A DNA stretch of 64,000 nt from Gammaproteobacteria bacterium (GTDB lineage Bacteria; Pseudomonadota; Gammaproteobacteria; SpSt-1174), in the NCBI GenBank assembly GCA_037388465.1, contig JARRKE010000014.1:19848-83847 (forward strand), written 5' to 3'. A program made the translations under genes and the position numbers. Shown piece after piece: positions 8,052 to 17,713 of this stretch; position 1 is the stretch's first letter, and every line of letters starts with the position of its first letter. Below the pieces are notes generated by a model. The model searched no databases. It was not told the DNA's origin and was given only the letters and a program-made list of their open reading frames with translations.

Positions 8052-8816
8052 TCACCGCAATTCCCGCCAACCGAACCCGCCTTCCTGGTCGGCCACCTCC
8101 AGCCACTCGGGCTCGCAGCCGACGCCGCTACATAAAGCATCGCGTGCCAGATCGGGTGTGTTGTTCTGCTCGGACAGATGCATCCCGACCAGATGCCTGA
8201 GCCGGCCGGTATCCATACTCTTCAGCAACGCCTCCGCCTGCGTGTTGGCCAGGTGTCCGTAAGGACCGCCGACGCGCGCCTTGAGGGACGGCGGATATGG
8301 ACCGGCGGCCAGCATGTCCGCATCGTGATTACATTCCAGCAACAGGCCCTCACAACCTGAAAGCACTTCCGTCACATGCGGCGTGATCCCGCCCGCGTCG
8401 GTCAGGATGCCCAGACGCCACTGCCCGTCGCTGAACACGAATTGGCAGGGCTCGCGGGCGTCGTGAGGCACGGGATACGGCTGGATCTCGAGCCCGTGGA
8501 TCTCGAAAGGCTCGTGGGGATGGAACAGCTCGCAGTGTTCGGCGGGCAGGTCGCGACCCATGACCATGGTACCGCTGGTCATCCAGATCGGCAGGCCGTA
8601 GCGACGGGACAGCGGCGCGGCTCCGCGGATATGATCGGTATGCTCGTGACTGATAACCAGCGCGGTAAGCTGGCTCGCCTCCATGCCCAGCACGGCCAGA
8701 CGCCGTTCGACTTCTCGCACCGAGAAGCCGCAGTCGACGAGCACGCGGGTGCCGCCCGACTCGACCAGGGTGGCGTTTCCCTTGCTGCCACTGCCGAGCG
8801 AGGCGAACCGCAACAT
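8052..8816 (-). CDS. MBL-fold metallo-hydrolase
   Basis: It carries the HxHxDH motif (SHEHTDH) and downstream His/Asp ligands; 254 aa. Confidence 0.8.
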   Translation of the reverse strand: MLRFASLGSGSKGNATLVESGGTRVLVDCGFSVREVERRLAVLGMEASQLTALVISHEHTDHIRGAAPLSRRYGLPIWMTSGTMVMGRDLPAEHCELFHPHEPFEIHGLEIQPYPVPHDAREPCQFVFSDGQWRLGILTDAGGITPHVTEVLSGCEGLLLECNHDADMLAAGPYPPSLKARVGGPYGHLANTQAEALLKSMDTGRLRHLVGMHLSEQNNTPDLARDALCSGVGCEPEWLEVADQEGGFGWRELR

Positions 8817-8824
8817 AAACGCGG

Positions 8825-9955
8825 TTACTTCAGGGCGGTTTGAATCCGCTTCAGGAGGATGCTCGACGCCCCGGCCGGAAGAGGGTGGTCTTTGGCGTCG
8901 ACGATGCGGATCGCGACCTGATCGCCCTGCGCCTCGGCATAGACCTTCAGCGGCGCGCCCGTGTCCAGATCAACGCCCTGCTTGGACTTGTCGCCACCGA
9001 GCAGGCGCGCGAAAAATCCTGGCTTATCGCCGGGCTCGGACTGATAGGAGACGTAATAGACGCCCTTGTCCTGATCGCTGTCCTGCACCGGCAGCCCGGC
9101 ACGGTCCAGGGCGATGCCGAGGCGGCGCCAGACCCGCGGGTAATCCGCAGCCACCATCAGCGTCGGACGGTCGCCGCTCGTCAGATTGGTCTTCAGAGCA
9201 CCCTGATCCTGTGCGGAGGCGACGGCCTGTTTGGCCTCATCCTCGCTGGAGCCTAGGAACACCATCAGGCGTGTGAGCATTTCGGCCTGGCGTTCGGGAT
9301 TGGGCGGCGTAAGCTGCCATTTGGTCACGTCCTGGTCGAGCACGACCTGGTGGGCGCCCTCATGAGTGAGAAAGATATCCGTGCCGCCGCTGGTGGTCCG
9401 TTCCAGGCGCAGGCGGTACTTGTCCCGCTCCCCGGCATCGTACAGGTTGCCGAAATACTTCATGATGCCGGTGGGAACGCCTGCCTTGCTCTCGGCCCAG
9501 TCGGTAACCATCAGGCCGGTCTTGGGGTCGGCCTTCTTGATCTCCAGGCCCTGCTTGCGCCAGAAGGCCAGCAGTCGGGGCCAGAGCTGATCCGGCGTGC
9601 TCTGGCTTTCGAGCCAGTACATATCACCGTCGCGCCGCACCTGCAGACCGGCATACTGGGGCAGCACGCCGTGCGCAGCGGCTGGCGCAGCACCGCCTGC
9701 GGCGGTACCGGGCGCGGGCTGTGCCTGCTGTTGCTGTTTTTCCAGCGCCAGTGCGCTGACCGTACCCTGCTGCGCCTCGGGGATCTCGTATTGACCGGAG
9801 AGCTCCGGCTTGGTCAGGTCCGGCGGTACGTCCAGCGGGGGCAGCGGCTGGGTCTGGGAATATTTGAGTGAGCCGTCGGGATTGGTGTCGCTGGCACAAC
9901 CGGCCAACAGCAGGCTCGCCGCAAACAACAGCGTCAGGATACGCACAAAACTCAT
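8825..9955 (-). CDS. bamC: Outer membrane protein assembly factor BamC (lipoprotein NlpB)
   Basis: It has a lipoprotein signal with a lipobox (LLLAGC) starting at the ATG at 9955. It sits immediately downstream of dapA, the conserved dapA-nlpB arrangement, and has a BamC-like length and composition. Confidence 0.8.
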   Translation of the reverse strand: MSFVRILTLLFAASLLLAGCASDTNPDGSLKYSQTQPLPPLDVPPDLTKPELSGQYEIPEAQQGTVSALALEKQQQQAQPAPGTAAGGAAPAAAHGVLPQYAGLQVRRDGDMYWLESQSTPDQLWPRLLAFWRKQGLEIKKADPKTGLMVTDWAESKAGVPTGIMKYFGNLYDAGERDKYRLRLERTTSGGTDIFLTHEGAHQVVLDQDVTKWQLTPPNPERQAEMLTRLMVFLGSSEDEAKQAVASAQDQGALKTNLTSGDRPTLMVAADYPRVWRRLGIALDRAGLPVQDSDQDKGVYYVSYQSEPGDKPGFFARLLGGDKSKQGVDLDTGAPLKVYAEAQGDQVAIRIVDAKDHPLPAGASSILLKRIQTALK

Positions 9956-9969
9956 TATGTAATCAGGCC

Positions 9970-10854
9970 TCAGGACTTGAGAGCGATGCCGGTCGCGCGC
10001 AGTGCCTCGCACAAGGCGGGGCGCGCATTCTCGGACAGCGGCGTCAACGGCAAACGGATGCCCGGGCCGATCAGGCCCATTTCATGCAACGCCCACTTCA
10101 CCGGAATCGGGTTGGATTCGATAAACAATTTGCTGTGCAGTTCGGCAATCCGGGTATTCAGACGTTCCGCCTCGGCCCGGTCGCCGCGCAATGCCGCTTC
10201 GCACACGGCGTGCATCTCTGCCGGCACAACGTTTGCGGTCACGGAGACATCACCCTTGCCGCCCGCCAGGATCAGTTCCATGGCGGTAGCATCGTCGCCG
10301 CTGTACACATCCATACGGCCACGCACGCGCTCGATCAGGTCACGCCCCCGCTCCAGGTCGCCGGTGGCATCCTTGATGCCGACCACATTGGAGATATCAG
10401 CGAGACGCTCGACCGTCTCGTTACGCATGTCGACGGCGGTGCGCCCCGGCACATTGTAGAGTATTTGCGGGATGGGCACGGCCTCCGCCACAGCGCGGAA
10501 GTGGCGGTACAGACCCTCCTGGGTCGGTTTGTTGTAATAAGGCGTCACCAGCAGGGCCGCGTCTGCGCCGCCCTGCATGGCGCAGCGGGTCAGCTCGATG
10601 GCCTCGGCGGTGGAATTCGAGCCGGTACCGGCAATCACGGGAATGCGCCCGGCGGCCAGTTCAACCACCCGCTGGATGACCCTGCAATGCTCGTCGAAAT
10701 CCAGGGTGGCGGACTCGCCGGTCGTGCCGACCGCCACGATGGCATCGGTACCGTTGGAGACGTGGAACTCGATGAGATTGGCCAGGGCCGCGTCGTCGAC
10801 CCCGCCCTCCTCGTCCATGGGCGTGACGAGGGCTACCAGACTGCCGTGAAACAT
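9970..10854 (-). CDS. dapA: 4-hydroxy-tetrahydrodipicolinate synthase
   Basis: 294 aa with canonical DapA sequence blocks (GTTGES, the active-site Lys region, YNVPGRT). Confidence 0.95.
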   Translation of the reverse strand: MFHGSLVALVTPMDEEGGVDDAALANLIEFHVSNGTDAIVAVGTTGESATLDFDEHCRVIQRVVELAAGRIPVIAGTGSNSTAEAIELTRCAMQGGADAALLVTPYYNKPTQEGLYRHFRAVAEAVPIPQILYNVPGRTAVDMRNETVERLADISNVVGIKDATGDLERGRDLIERVRGRMDVYSGDDATAMELILAGGKGDVSVTANVVPAEMHAVCEAALRGDRAEAERLNTRIAELHSKLFIESNPIPVKWALHEMGLIGPGIRLPLTPLSENARPALCEALRATGIALKS

Positions 10855-11004
10855 GCTGATCTCCAGAAAATCAAGCCAGCCATACTACTGACGGGGCAAG
10901 GTCAAGACAAGCAGGCGCGCCCGAGTTCCCAAGCCGAAACCGAGCTGATAACCTTGGCCCCATGAAGTCACTTCCCCAGCCGGCCAGATAACCATACCCA
11001 GACC

Positions 11005-11538
11005 ATGGCCAAAACACAGTTGGTGATCTCCGTACTCAGCAAGGACCGCCCGGGGCTGGTCCAGGACATCACCGCCATCATCGGCGAAACGGGATGCAAC
11101 CTCGAGGACAGCCGCGCCGCCGTCCTGGGCGGTGGCTTTGCGATCATCCTCCTCGCCACCGGCAACTGGAGCGCCGTCGCCAAGCTCGAGACCGCCCTGA
11201 ACAAACTGGCCGGCGAGCAGGACCTCACACTGTCCATGCGGCGCACGGAACTGACACCGGTTTCCGCCCCCATGCTGCCTTATATGGTGGACGTCGTTTC
11301 CCTCGATCACCCGGGCATCGTCAACCAGCTGGCCACTTTTCTCTCCCAGCGGGGCATCAATATCCTGAACCTGACCACCCATGCCTACAGTGCCGCCCAT
11401 ACGGCGACGCCGATGTTCGCGGTGCACATGGATATCGAGGTGCCGGCTCAACTGCACGTCGCCGCCCTGCGTGAAGACTTTCTCGATCTGTGCGACGATC
11501 TGAACCTGGATGGCGTCATCGAACCGGCCAAAGCATAA
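11005..11538 (+). CDS. gcvR: Glycine cleavage system transcriptional repressor (tandem ACT domains)
   Basis: 177 aa with two ACT-like halves. The gcvR-bcp pair next to dapA matches the arrangement seen in enterobacterial genomes. Confidence 0.8.
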   Translation: MAKTQLVISVLSKDRPGLVQDITAIIGETGCNLEDSRAAVLGGGFAIILLATGNWSAVAKLETALNKLAGEQDLTLSMRRTELTPVSAPMLPYMVDVVSLDHPGIVNQLATFLSQRGINILNLTTHAYSAAHTATPMFAVHMDIEVPAQLHVAALREDFLDLCDDLNLDGVIEPAKA

Positions 11539-11547
11539 TTTCGACTC

Positions 11548-12021
11548 ATGAGCGCACCCAAGATCGGCAACAAGGCCCCTGACTTCAGCCTGCCGGCCAC
11601 CGGCGGCAAAACCATCAAGCTGTCCGACTACCGCGGCCAAAAACACGTCGTCCTGTATTTTTACCCCAAGGACAGCACCCCCGGCTGCACCCAGGAAGGC
11701 CAGGACTTCCGGGATCACTACCGCAAATTCACCGCCCGTGACTGCGTGATCCTCGGCGTCTCCCGGGACAGCCTCAAGCGTCACGAAAACTTCAAGGAAA
11801 AACACGGGTTCCCGTTTCAGCTGCTGTCGGACGAAAACGAAAAGGCATGCAAGCTGTACGATGTCATCAAACCAAAAAAACTTTATGGCAAAGAGTTCAT
11901 AGGCATCGAACGCAGCACCTTCCTGATCGACAAATCAGGTGTACTGCGCAACGAATGGCGCAAGGTAAAAGTCAAAGGGCACATTGAAGAAGTACTGGAT
12001 GCCGTCAAGGCACTTTCATAA
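11548..12021 (+). CDS. bcp: Thioredoxin-dependent thiol peroxidase (peroxiredoxin Q / Bcp)
   Basis: It has the [11 protein letters not shown] peroxidatic-Cys motif; 157 aa. Confidence 0.9.
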   Translation: MSAPKIGNKAPDFSLPATGGKTIKLSDYRGQKHVVLYFYPKDSTPGCTQEGQDFRDHYRKFTARDCVILGVSRDSLKRHENFKEKHGFPFQLLSDENEKACKLYDVIKPKKLYGKEFIGIERSTFLIDKSGVLRNEWRKVKVKGHIEEVLDAVKALS

Positions 12022-12141
12022 ATTCGGCGGGGCACTCACGCCCGGCCCGTCTCCCCGCCAGCCGGCGGACAGCCCCCTACTCCCCAGCATTTCCGCCCGC
12101 TACGGGCACCGCCATCCCTTTCCATTACGCGAGGCACCCGC

Positions 12142-13557
12142 ATGGTCCTGAAAGAGATCAATGGCAAACGTCTGTTCGTTCTCGACACCAACGTCCTGAT
12201 GCACGACCCCACGGCCCTGTTCAGGTTTCAGGAGCACGACATCTTTTTACCCATGGTCGTCCTGGAGGAACTCGACCGCGGCAAGAAGGGGGTTTCCGAG
12301 GTCGCGCGCAACGTACGCCAGGTCAGCCGCTTCCTCGACGAGGTCATGACCCAGGCAAGCATGAAGGACATCGACCGCGGCCTGCCTATCAATCCCGGCC
12401 GGCTGGCGGAATCGAGCTTCTCGCCGACCGGGCGCCTGTTCTTCCAGACCGAGGCCATGCACACCGAGCTGCCCAAGTCCCTGCCCGTGCATTCGGCGGA
12501 CAACACCATCCTCGCCACCACCCTGGCCCTGAAGCAGCAATTCGCCAAGACCAAGATCACGCTGGTCTCGAAAGACATCAACCTGCGCATCAAGGCCGCC
12601 GTGCTCGGCATTCACGCGGAGGATTACTACAACGACCAGGTGCTGGACGACGTCAGCCTGCTGTACAGCGGCACCGGCGAGCTGCCCGCCGACTTCTGGG
12701 AAAGCCACAGCAAGGACATGGAGTCGTGGCAGGAAAGCGGCCACACCTATTACCGGATCCGCGGTCCGCTCACCAAGGACTGGTTTCCCAACCAATGCCT
12801 CTACCTGGAGGATACGGACTCGCCTTTCGACGCCGTCGTACGCTCCGTGGAGGAGGATCACGCCATTATCGAGATCGTCCGCGATTACGCCACCCCGAGA
12901 CAGACGGTGTGGGGCATCAACGCCCGCAACCGGGAACAGAATTTCGCCCTCAACCTGCTCATGGACCCGCACATCGACTTCGTCACCCTGGTGGGTGCCG
13001 CCGGCACCGGCAAGACCCTGCTGACCCTGGCCGCCGGGCTGGCGCAGACCCTGGAGGAAAATCTCTACAAGGAGATCATCATGACCCGCGTCACCGTGCC
13101 GGTCGGCGAGGACATCGGTTTCCTGCCCGGCACGGAAGAGGAAAAGATGACGCCCTGGATGGGCGCCCTGATGGACAACCTTGAGGTGCTCACCAAGTCC
13201 GAGATCGGTGGCGACTGGGGACGCGAGGCCACCAACGACCTGCTGCGCTCGCGCATCAAGATCCGCTCGCTGAACTTCATGCGCGGACGCACATTCCTGA
13301 ACCGCTACATCATCCTGGACGAGGCCCAGAACCTCACCTCCAAGCAGATGAAGACCCTGATCACCCGCGCGGGGCCCGGCACCAAGGTGGTCTGCCTGGG
13401 CAACGTGGCGCAGATCGACACCCCCTATCTCACCGAAACCACCTCCGGCCTCACCTACGTGGTGGACCGCTTCCGCAACTGGGAACACAGCGGCCACATC
13501 ACCCTGCGCCGCGGTGAACGTTCGCGCCTCGCCGACTACGCCTCGGACACCCTCTAA
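12142..13557 (+). CDS. PhoH-like ATPase with N-terminal PIN domain (PhoH2/YlaK family)
   Basis: The N-terminal PIN-like region is LFVLDTNVLMHDP. Walker A is GAAGTGKT and Walker B is YIILDEAQN; 471 aa. Confidence 0.85.
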   Translation: MVLKEINGKRLFVLDTNVLMHDPTALFRFQEHDIFLPMVVLEELDRGKKGVSEVARNVRQVSRFLDEVMTQASMKDIDRGLPINPGRLAESSFSPTGRLFFQTEAMHTELPKSLPVHSADNTILATTLALKQQFAKTKITLVSKDINLRIKAAVLGIHAEDYYNDQVLDDVSLLYSGTGELPADFWESHSKDMESWQESGHTYYRIRGPLTKDWFPNQCLYLEDTDSPFDAVVRSVEEDHAIIEIVRDYATPRQTVWGINARNREQNFALNLLMDPHIDFVTLVGAAGTGKTLLTLAAGLAQTLEENLYKEIIMTRVTVPVGEDIGFLPGTEEEKMTPWMGALMDNLEVLTKSEIGGDWGREATNDLLRSRIKIRSLNFMRGRTFLNRYIILDEAQNLTSKQMKTLITRAGPGTKVVCLGNVAQIDTPYLTETTSGLTYVVDRFRNWEHSGHITLRRGERSRLADYASDTL

Positions 13558-13567
13558 GAAAACCTCT

Positions 13568-13612
13568 CCCCCTTCCCGGCCGCGGTCGAATCACCGTGGC
13601 CGGGAGGGGGAC
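13568..13612 (+). terminator. GC-rich stem-loop downstream of phoH2 (cccccttcccggcc ... ggccgggaggggg)
   Basis: A near-perfect 13-bp stem lying 10 nt after the phoH2 stop, with no clear U-tract. Confidence 0.4.
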
Positions 13613-13843
13613 TCATTGCCATTCCCGCATTCGTTGAGAATGCTGGTTGGTTTTGTCCCTTCCCGCCACTGCGACTATTAATAAACCTAAGAACATGTCG
13701 CCGGACGCGACCGGCAGGAACCCGGCGTTGCGGTTCGGCTCATAACAAGCTGCAACCCTCAAGCGCGGGAGAAGGACAAACTGAAACCGTGGGACGAACA
13801 AGCAGGAGCTGCCGATCGGGCAGCCCGGCAGCGGGACCGCACC

Positions 13844-14980
13844 GTGCACCGCCGCGGTCTCTTCCTGTGCCTGCTATTTGCGCTGCCCGCCGGTCTCGCG
13901 CCTGTCCCGGCCACTGCCCAGACCAGTGGCACACCGGCGCGCCCCTCCGCTCAATACCTTCCCTTTAAACGCCTGCGGGAAGGCATCAAGGGCGGGTTTC
14001 ACTGGGACAATGAGTGGGTGAACAACCTGAGCGGCGGCGTCCAAAACGGCAGCGCATTCGACAGCGTATTCCAGGGTGGACTCGCGGTGCAGACCGGTGC
14101 GCTAGGACTGTGGCGGAGCGGGCAGATTCAGGCCAGCGTGCTCGGTATCCGCAGCGGACAACCGAGCACCAAATACGTCGGCGACGTACAAGGGATCAGC
14201 AATCTCGAGGCATCGCCCGATTCCATGCGGCTTTACGACCTCTTCCTGCATCAGCCACTCGGCCGAACCACTGCCATGAACGCGGGGATATTCGATCTCA
14301 ATGCCTATTTCAACGTAACGAACGCAGCCGGGGCGTTATTGAACGCCTCTTTCGGCATCAATCCCGCCCTGACCCTGAACGTCCCGGTCTCGACCTACCC
14401 TCAAACCGGCTATGGCGCGATGCTCGCACACCGGATCGGTCACTGGACCCTTAAAACCGGCCTGTTCCAGGGCGACCCGGCGGCACGCGGCAGCCCGTTC
14501 ACCAACGGTTATCTGGCCATCGGCGAAGTCGGATACCACAAACCCGGCAATTACCCGGGCCGTTATCATTTCGGTCTGTGGTCCTATAACCAGCCCCGCA
14601 ACGGACTCGGACCGCATAACGACTGGGGTGGCTATGCCGTCGTCGAGCAGGTGATCACGCGCGGCCCGCACCCCCGCACCACCCTGTTCCTGCAGTTGGG
14701 TCATGCCCCCGACCGGGTGAACCTGGCCACCGACTATGTGGCCGGCGGCGTCGATGTGCACGCACCGGTGGCGAGCCGTCCCAAGGACCGCTTCACCCTG
14801 GGCTTCGCTCGTGTCGAGTTGCGGAATCTGAAACCGGAGACCAGCATCGAGGCGGCCTATATCGTGTTCGTCAGTCGCCACTTTTTTCTGGAGCCCGACA
14901 TCCAGCATGTCGTTCATCCCGGCGGTGACCTGCCGGATGCAACCGTGATCACCCTGCGCGCGCACCTGGAGTTTTATTAA
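13844..14980 (+). CDS. Putative carbohydrate-selective porin (OprB-like outer membrane protein)
   Basis: It has a signal peptide ending ATAQ, a beta-barrel-type composition, and an aromatic C-terminal residue (EFY). The family assignment is by resemblance only. The GTG start at 13844 is as annotated by the ORF track. Confidence 0.5.
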   Translation: MHRRGLFLCLLFALPAGLAPVPATAQTSGTPARPSAQYLPFKRLREGIKGGFHWDNEWVNNLSGGVQNGSAFDSVFQGGLAVQTGALGLWRSGQIQASVLGIRSGQPSTKYVGDVQGISNLEASPDSMRLYDLFLHQPLGRTTAMNAGIFDLNAYFNVTNAAGALLNASFGINPALTLNVPVSTYPQTGYGAMLAHRIGHWTLKTGLFQGDPAARGSPFTNGYLAIGEVGYHKPGNYPGRYHFGLWSYNQPRNGLGPHNDWGGYAVVEQVITRGPHPRTTLFLQLGHAPDRVNLATDYVAGGVDVHAPVASRPKDRFTLGFARVELRNLKPETSIEAAYIVFVSRHFFLEPDIQHVVHPGGDLPDATVITLRAHLEFY

Positions 14981-15004
14981 TGCCGGGCGGTTCCCTGGAG
15001 CACG

Positions 15005-15523
15005 TCAGCACTGCAAGGCGGATTCATAGGCACCAAGACAGGAGGTGTCGAAGCAGACGAAAATCACCCGCTTCAGGTCGGGGTCCCGGCCCAGCCCTTC
15101 ACGGACCTCGCGTACCGCAATCATGGCCGCCTGGTCGGCCGGATAGCCGTAGACGCCGCAGCTGATACACGGAAAGGCCAACGACGCCAACGCATGTTCC
15201 CGCGCCAGATCCAACACATTGCGGTAGCAGGCGGCCAGCAGTTCCGGCTCGCCGTGATGACCGCCATGCCAGACGGGGCCGACGGTATGAATGACATGCC
15301 TGGCCGGAAGATCGTAGCCGAGGGTGATACGCGCCTCGCCGGTCGGACACCCCCCGAGGGTGCGGCATTCGCCGACCAGGCCGGGCCCGGCCGCGCGATG
15401 AATCGCACCGTCGACCCCGCCGCCGCCGAGCAGGGAGTTGTTTGCGGCATTGACAATAGCGTCCACTGCAAGCCGGGTGATATCGCCCTGCAGCAGCTCG
15501 ATACGATCTGCCGCGTCGGCCAA
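15005..15523 (-). CDS. Macro-domain protein (O-acetyl-ADP-ribose deacetylase, YmdB-like)
   Basis: It carries the macro-domain motifs [23 protein letters not shown] and GEARIT; 172 aa. Confidence 0.85.
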   Translation of the reverse strand: MADAADRIELLQGDITRLAVDAIVNAANNSLLGGGGVDGAIHRAAGPGLVGECRTLGGCPTGEARITLGYDLPARHVIHTVGPVWHGGHHGEPELLAACYRNVLDLAREHALASLAFPCISCGVYGYPADQAAMIAVREVREGLGRDPDLKRVIFVCFDTSCLGAYESALQC

Positions 15524-15526
15524 CCC

Positions 15527-16603
15527 TTACTCCACTGATTCGTCGAGCTGCTGATCCAGCGGTGCGGGCCAGGCGTTGAGTACCGCCTGAATCAGGGTGG
15601 CCAGCGGAATGGCGAAAAAGACGCCCCACACACCCCACAGCCCGCCGAACACGATCACGGAAACGATAATGGCAACGGGGTGCAGATTGACGACCTCGGA
15701 AAACAGCAACGGCACCAGCAGATTACCGTCCAGAAACTGGATGATGCCGTAGGCCAGCATCGCGTACGCGAAGTGCACATTCACACCCCATTGAAAGTAA
15801 GCGACCAGCGCCACAGGAAAGGTGATGATGGTGGCACCGACATAGGGAATGATCACGGACAGGCCGATCAGAAACGACAGCAACATCGCATAGTTCATCC
15901 CCAGGATCATGAAGGCGATATAACTGGCAACCCACACAAAGGCGACCTCGATGAACTTGCCGCGCACGTAGCTCGCGATCTTGTCGTTCACCTCGGCCCA
16001 CACCCTGGAACTCAGGGAGCGCTCCTCGGGCAGGAAACCGGTCACCCAGGTCATGATCTTGTATTTGTCCTTGAGAAAGAAAAAGACCAGCAAAGGCACG
16101 AGGATCACGTAGACCAGGATCGTGATCAAGCCGACTACCGAGGACAGCGATACGCTCAGAACGTGCTGACCGAGCGTAGTGATCTCGGTACGCAGGGTAT
16201 TAATGAGCTCGATCACCTGCGGTTCGCTGATGAGATGGGGATAGCGCTCCGGCAGCAGCATGAGCTGCTCCTGCCCCTTGGCGACCATATTCGGCAATTC
16301 GGAGAAGAACTGGGCCACCTGCTGGGTGATCAGGGGGATCGGCCCGAGCAGGATCGCAAGTATGAGCACGATGAACAGTACGAAAACGAAAACCACCGCC
16401 ACCATGCGCGGCACGCGCCAGCGCAGCAGTTTATCGACGGCCCCGTCCAGCAAATAGGCGATGACGATCGATGCCAGCAGAGGCGCCAGCAGGCGGCCGG
16501 CAAAGACCACCACCAGCAGACCCGTGATCAGCAGCAGCGCGAGAATGACGGCCTGCGGGTCCGAGAAATGACGTCGGTACCACTCAAGCAGGAGTCTGAT
16601 CAT
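15527..16603 (-). CDS. AI-2E family transporter (PerM/YhhT-like permease)
   Basis: 358 aa, multi-TM, with typical AI-2E N-terminal and C-terminal blocks. Confidence 0.85.
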   Translation of the reverse strand: MIRLLLEWYRRHFSDPQAVILALLLITGLLVVVFAGRLLAPLLASIVIAYLLDGAVDKLLRWRVPRMVAVVFVFVLFIVLILAILLGPIPLITQQVAQFFSELPNMVAKGQEQLMLLPERYPHLISEPQVIELINTLRTEITTLGQHVLSVSLSSVVGLITILVYVILVPLLVFFFLKDKYKIMTWVTGFLPEERSLSSRVWAEVNDKIASYVRGKFIEVAFVWVASYIAFMILGMNYAMLLSFLIGLSVIIPYVGATIITFPVALVAYFQWGVNVHFAYAMLAYGIIQFLDGNLLVPLLFSEVVNLHPVAIIVSVIVFGGLWGVWGVFFAIPLATLIQAVLNAWPAPLDQQLDESVE

Positions 16604-16974
16604 TCGTTCTCGTCGCGAAGTTTTCGATAATGCGTTTCGAACAGGATCTCGAGTTCGTCGATGACTTCCACGGCCGGGCGACCCTGCATGACATGCTGCG
16701 CCATCAGGGTGGAGGTCTCGTTGAGCATCTTACCCTTGTCGAGCATGTAATAACTGGCCGAGAGCCGCTTCATCGCCTTGATCACGCTCTCGCCTTCCTG
16801 GCGTGGAATCTCCTTGGGCGCGGGAATTTCCGCAGGCTGCGCTTCACCGCGTCCGCTGAGGAACTCGGCGAATTCCAGCAGCATGACACGCTGCTCGGGT
16901 TGCAGCGCCTTGAACAGACGGACCAGCCGTTTTTCGTCCGAACCACGATTGAGATTAGTGGTCAGCGGATTCAT
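16600..16974 (-). CDS. Small hypothetical protein (124 aa), translationally coupled on both sides
   Basis: It overlaps 4 bp with the downstream AI-2E gene and 20 bp with the upstream GATase-like gene. No motif was recognised. Confidence 0.5.
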   Translation of the reverse strand: MNPLTTNLNRGSDEKRLVRLFKALQPEQRVMLLEFAEFLSGRGEAQPAEIPAPKEIPRQEGESVIKAMKRLSASYYMLDKGKMLNETSTLMAQHVMQGRPAVEVIDELEILFETHYRKLRDENE

Positions 16975-17713
16975 CCATCTCCACCTTCAGATTGAACACC
17001 GGCATCTTGTGCCGCTCCTGCATCAATTCGCAGGCCTTGACCAGGCCTACCAGGGCGATATCCGTGGATTCCTGCATGTTGCCCCACTCCATATGCGCCT
17101 CGCCCAGCAGGTCGCCGATATTCGGTGGCGGGTTGTGCCCTTCCTCCATGAGTATGTCTTCCAGCATGCCGGGCTTCATTTCGGGACGGAACAACATGCC
17201 ATAGCTTTGCCCGGCGGTACGGATCAGCAGCCAGTGACCCTCGTCATCAACCAGCAAGGGTTCGACACCCTCGGGCAGCTCCACGTCGCCGTGATACAGC
17301 ACCAGCAGTCGGCGCCCGTCGAGGCTCGCTGCAAATTCGTCATCACGGCCGGCTTCCGTCAAATGCGCCGTGGTGAATTTAGCCGTATAGGCCGGCTCCA
17401 ACAGCGGCTTACCGCCGGCCGCCTCGGCCATCAACAGAGCCCCCATACCGATGCCGATAACCGGGCGATTCGCCTTTTGAAACATGCGAATCACGTTGAT
17501 CTCTTCATCCGCGTGCGGAACCTTGTCCCGATCGGCCGTGGGCCAGGCACCGCCCAGCAGAAACACACCGTCGTACTGACTGGCACTGCTCGGTAACGGA
17601 TCACCGATAAACGGGCGCACATAACCGTAAGCGATATTGCGGTGTTGCAGCTGGGCCTCGATCAGGCCCAAAAATTCAGCGTAGGTGTGCTGAAGGACCA
17701 GATAGTTCTTCAT
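16955..17713 (-). CDS. Class-I glutamine-amidotransferase-like protein lacking the catalytic Cys (predicted non-catalytic), with a C-terminal extension
   Basis: The nucleophile-elbow region reads PVIGIGMGALLMAEAAG, whereas the canonical GATase1 sequence is PILGICLGHQLLA. Cys is replaced by Gly and His by Ala. The start codon overlaps the LysR stop by 4 bp. Confidence 0.55.
   Translation of the reverse strand: MKNYLVLQHTYAEFLGLIEAQLQHRNIAYGYVRPFIGDPLPSSASQYDGVFLLGGAWPTADRDKVPHADEEINVIRMFQKANRPVIGIGMGALLMAEAAGGKPLLEPAYTAKFTTAHLTEAGRDDEFAASLDGRRLLVLYHGDVELPEGVEPLLVDDEGHWLLIRTAGQSYGMLFRPEMKPGMLEDILMEEGHNPPPNIGDLLGEAHMEWGNMQESTDIALVGLVKACELMQERHKMPVFNLKVEMDESADH

Noticed and set aside
10885-11805. 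306-aa minus-strand ORF overlapping gcvR and bcp; similar antisense ORFs at 12247-13497, 9868-10965 and 19399-20628
   Set aside because: These are antisense to well-supported genes. Their composition is GC-frame-driven (Gly/Ala/Arg/Val-rich) and they have no recognisable domains.
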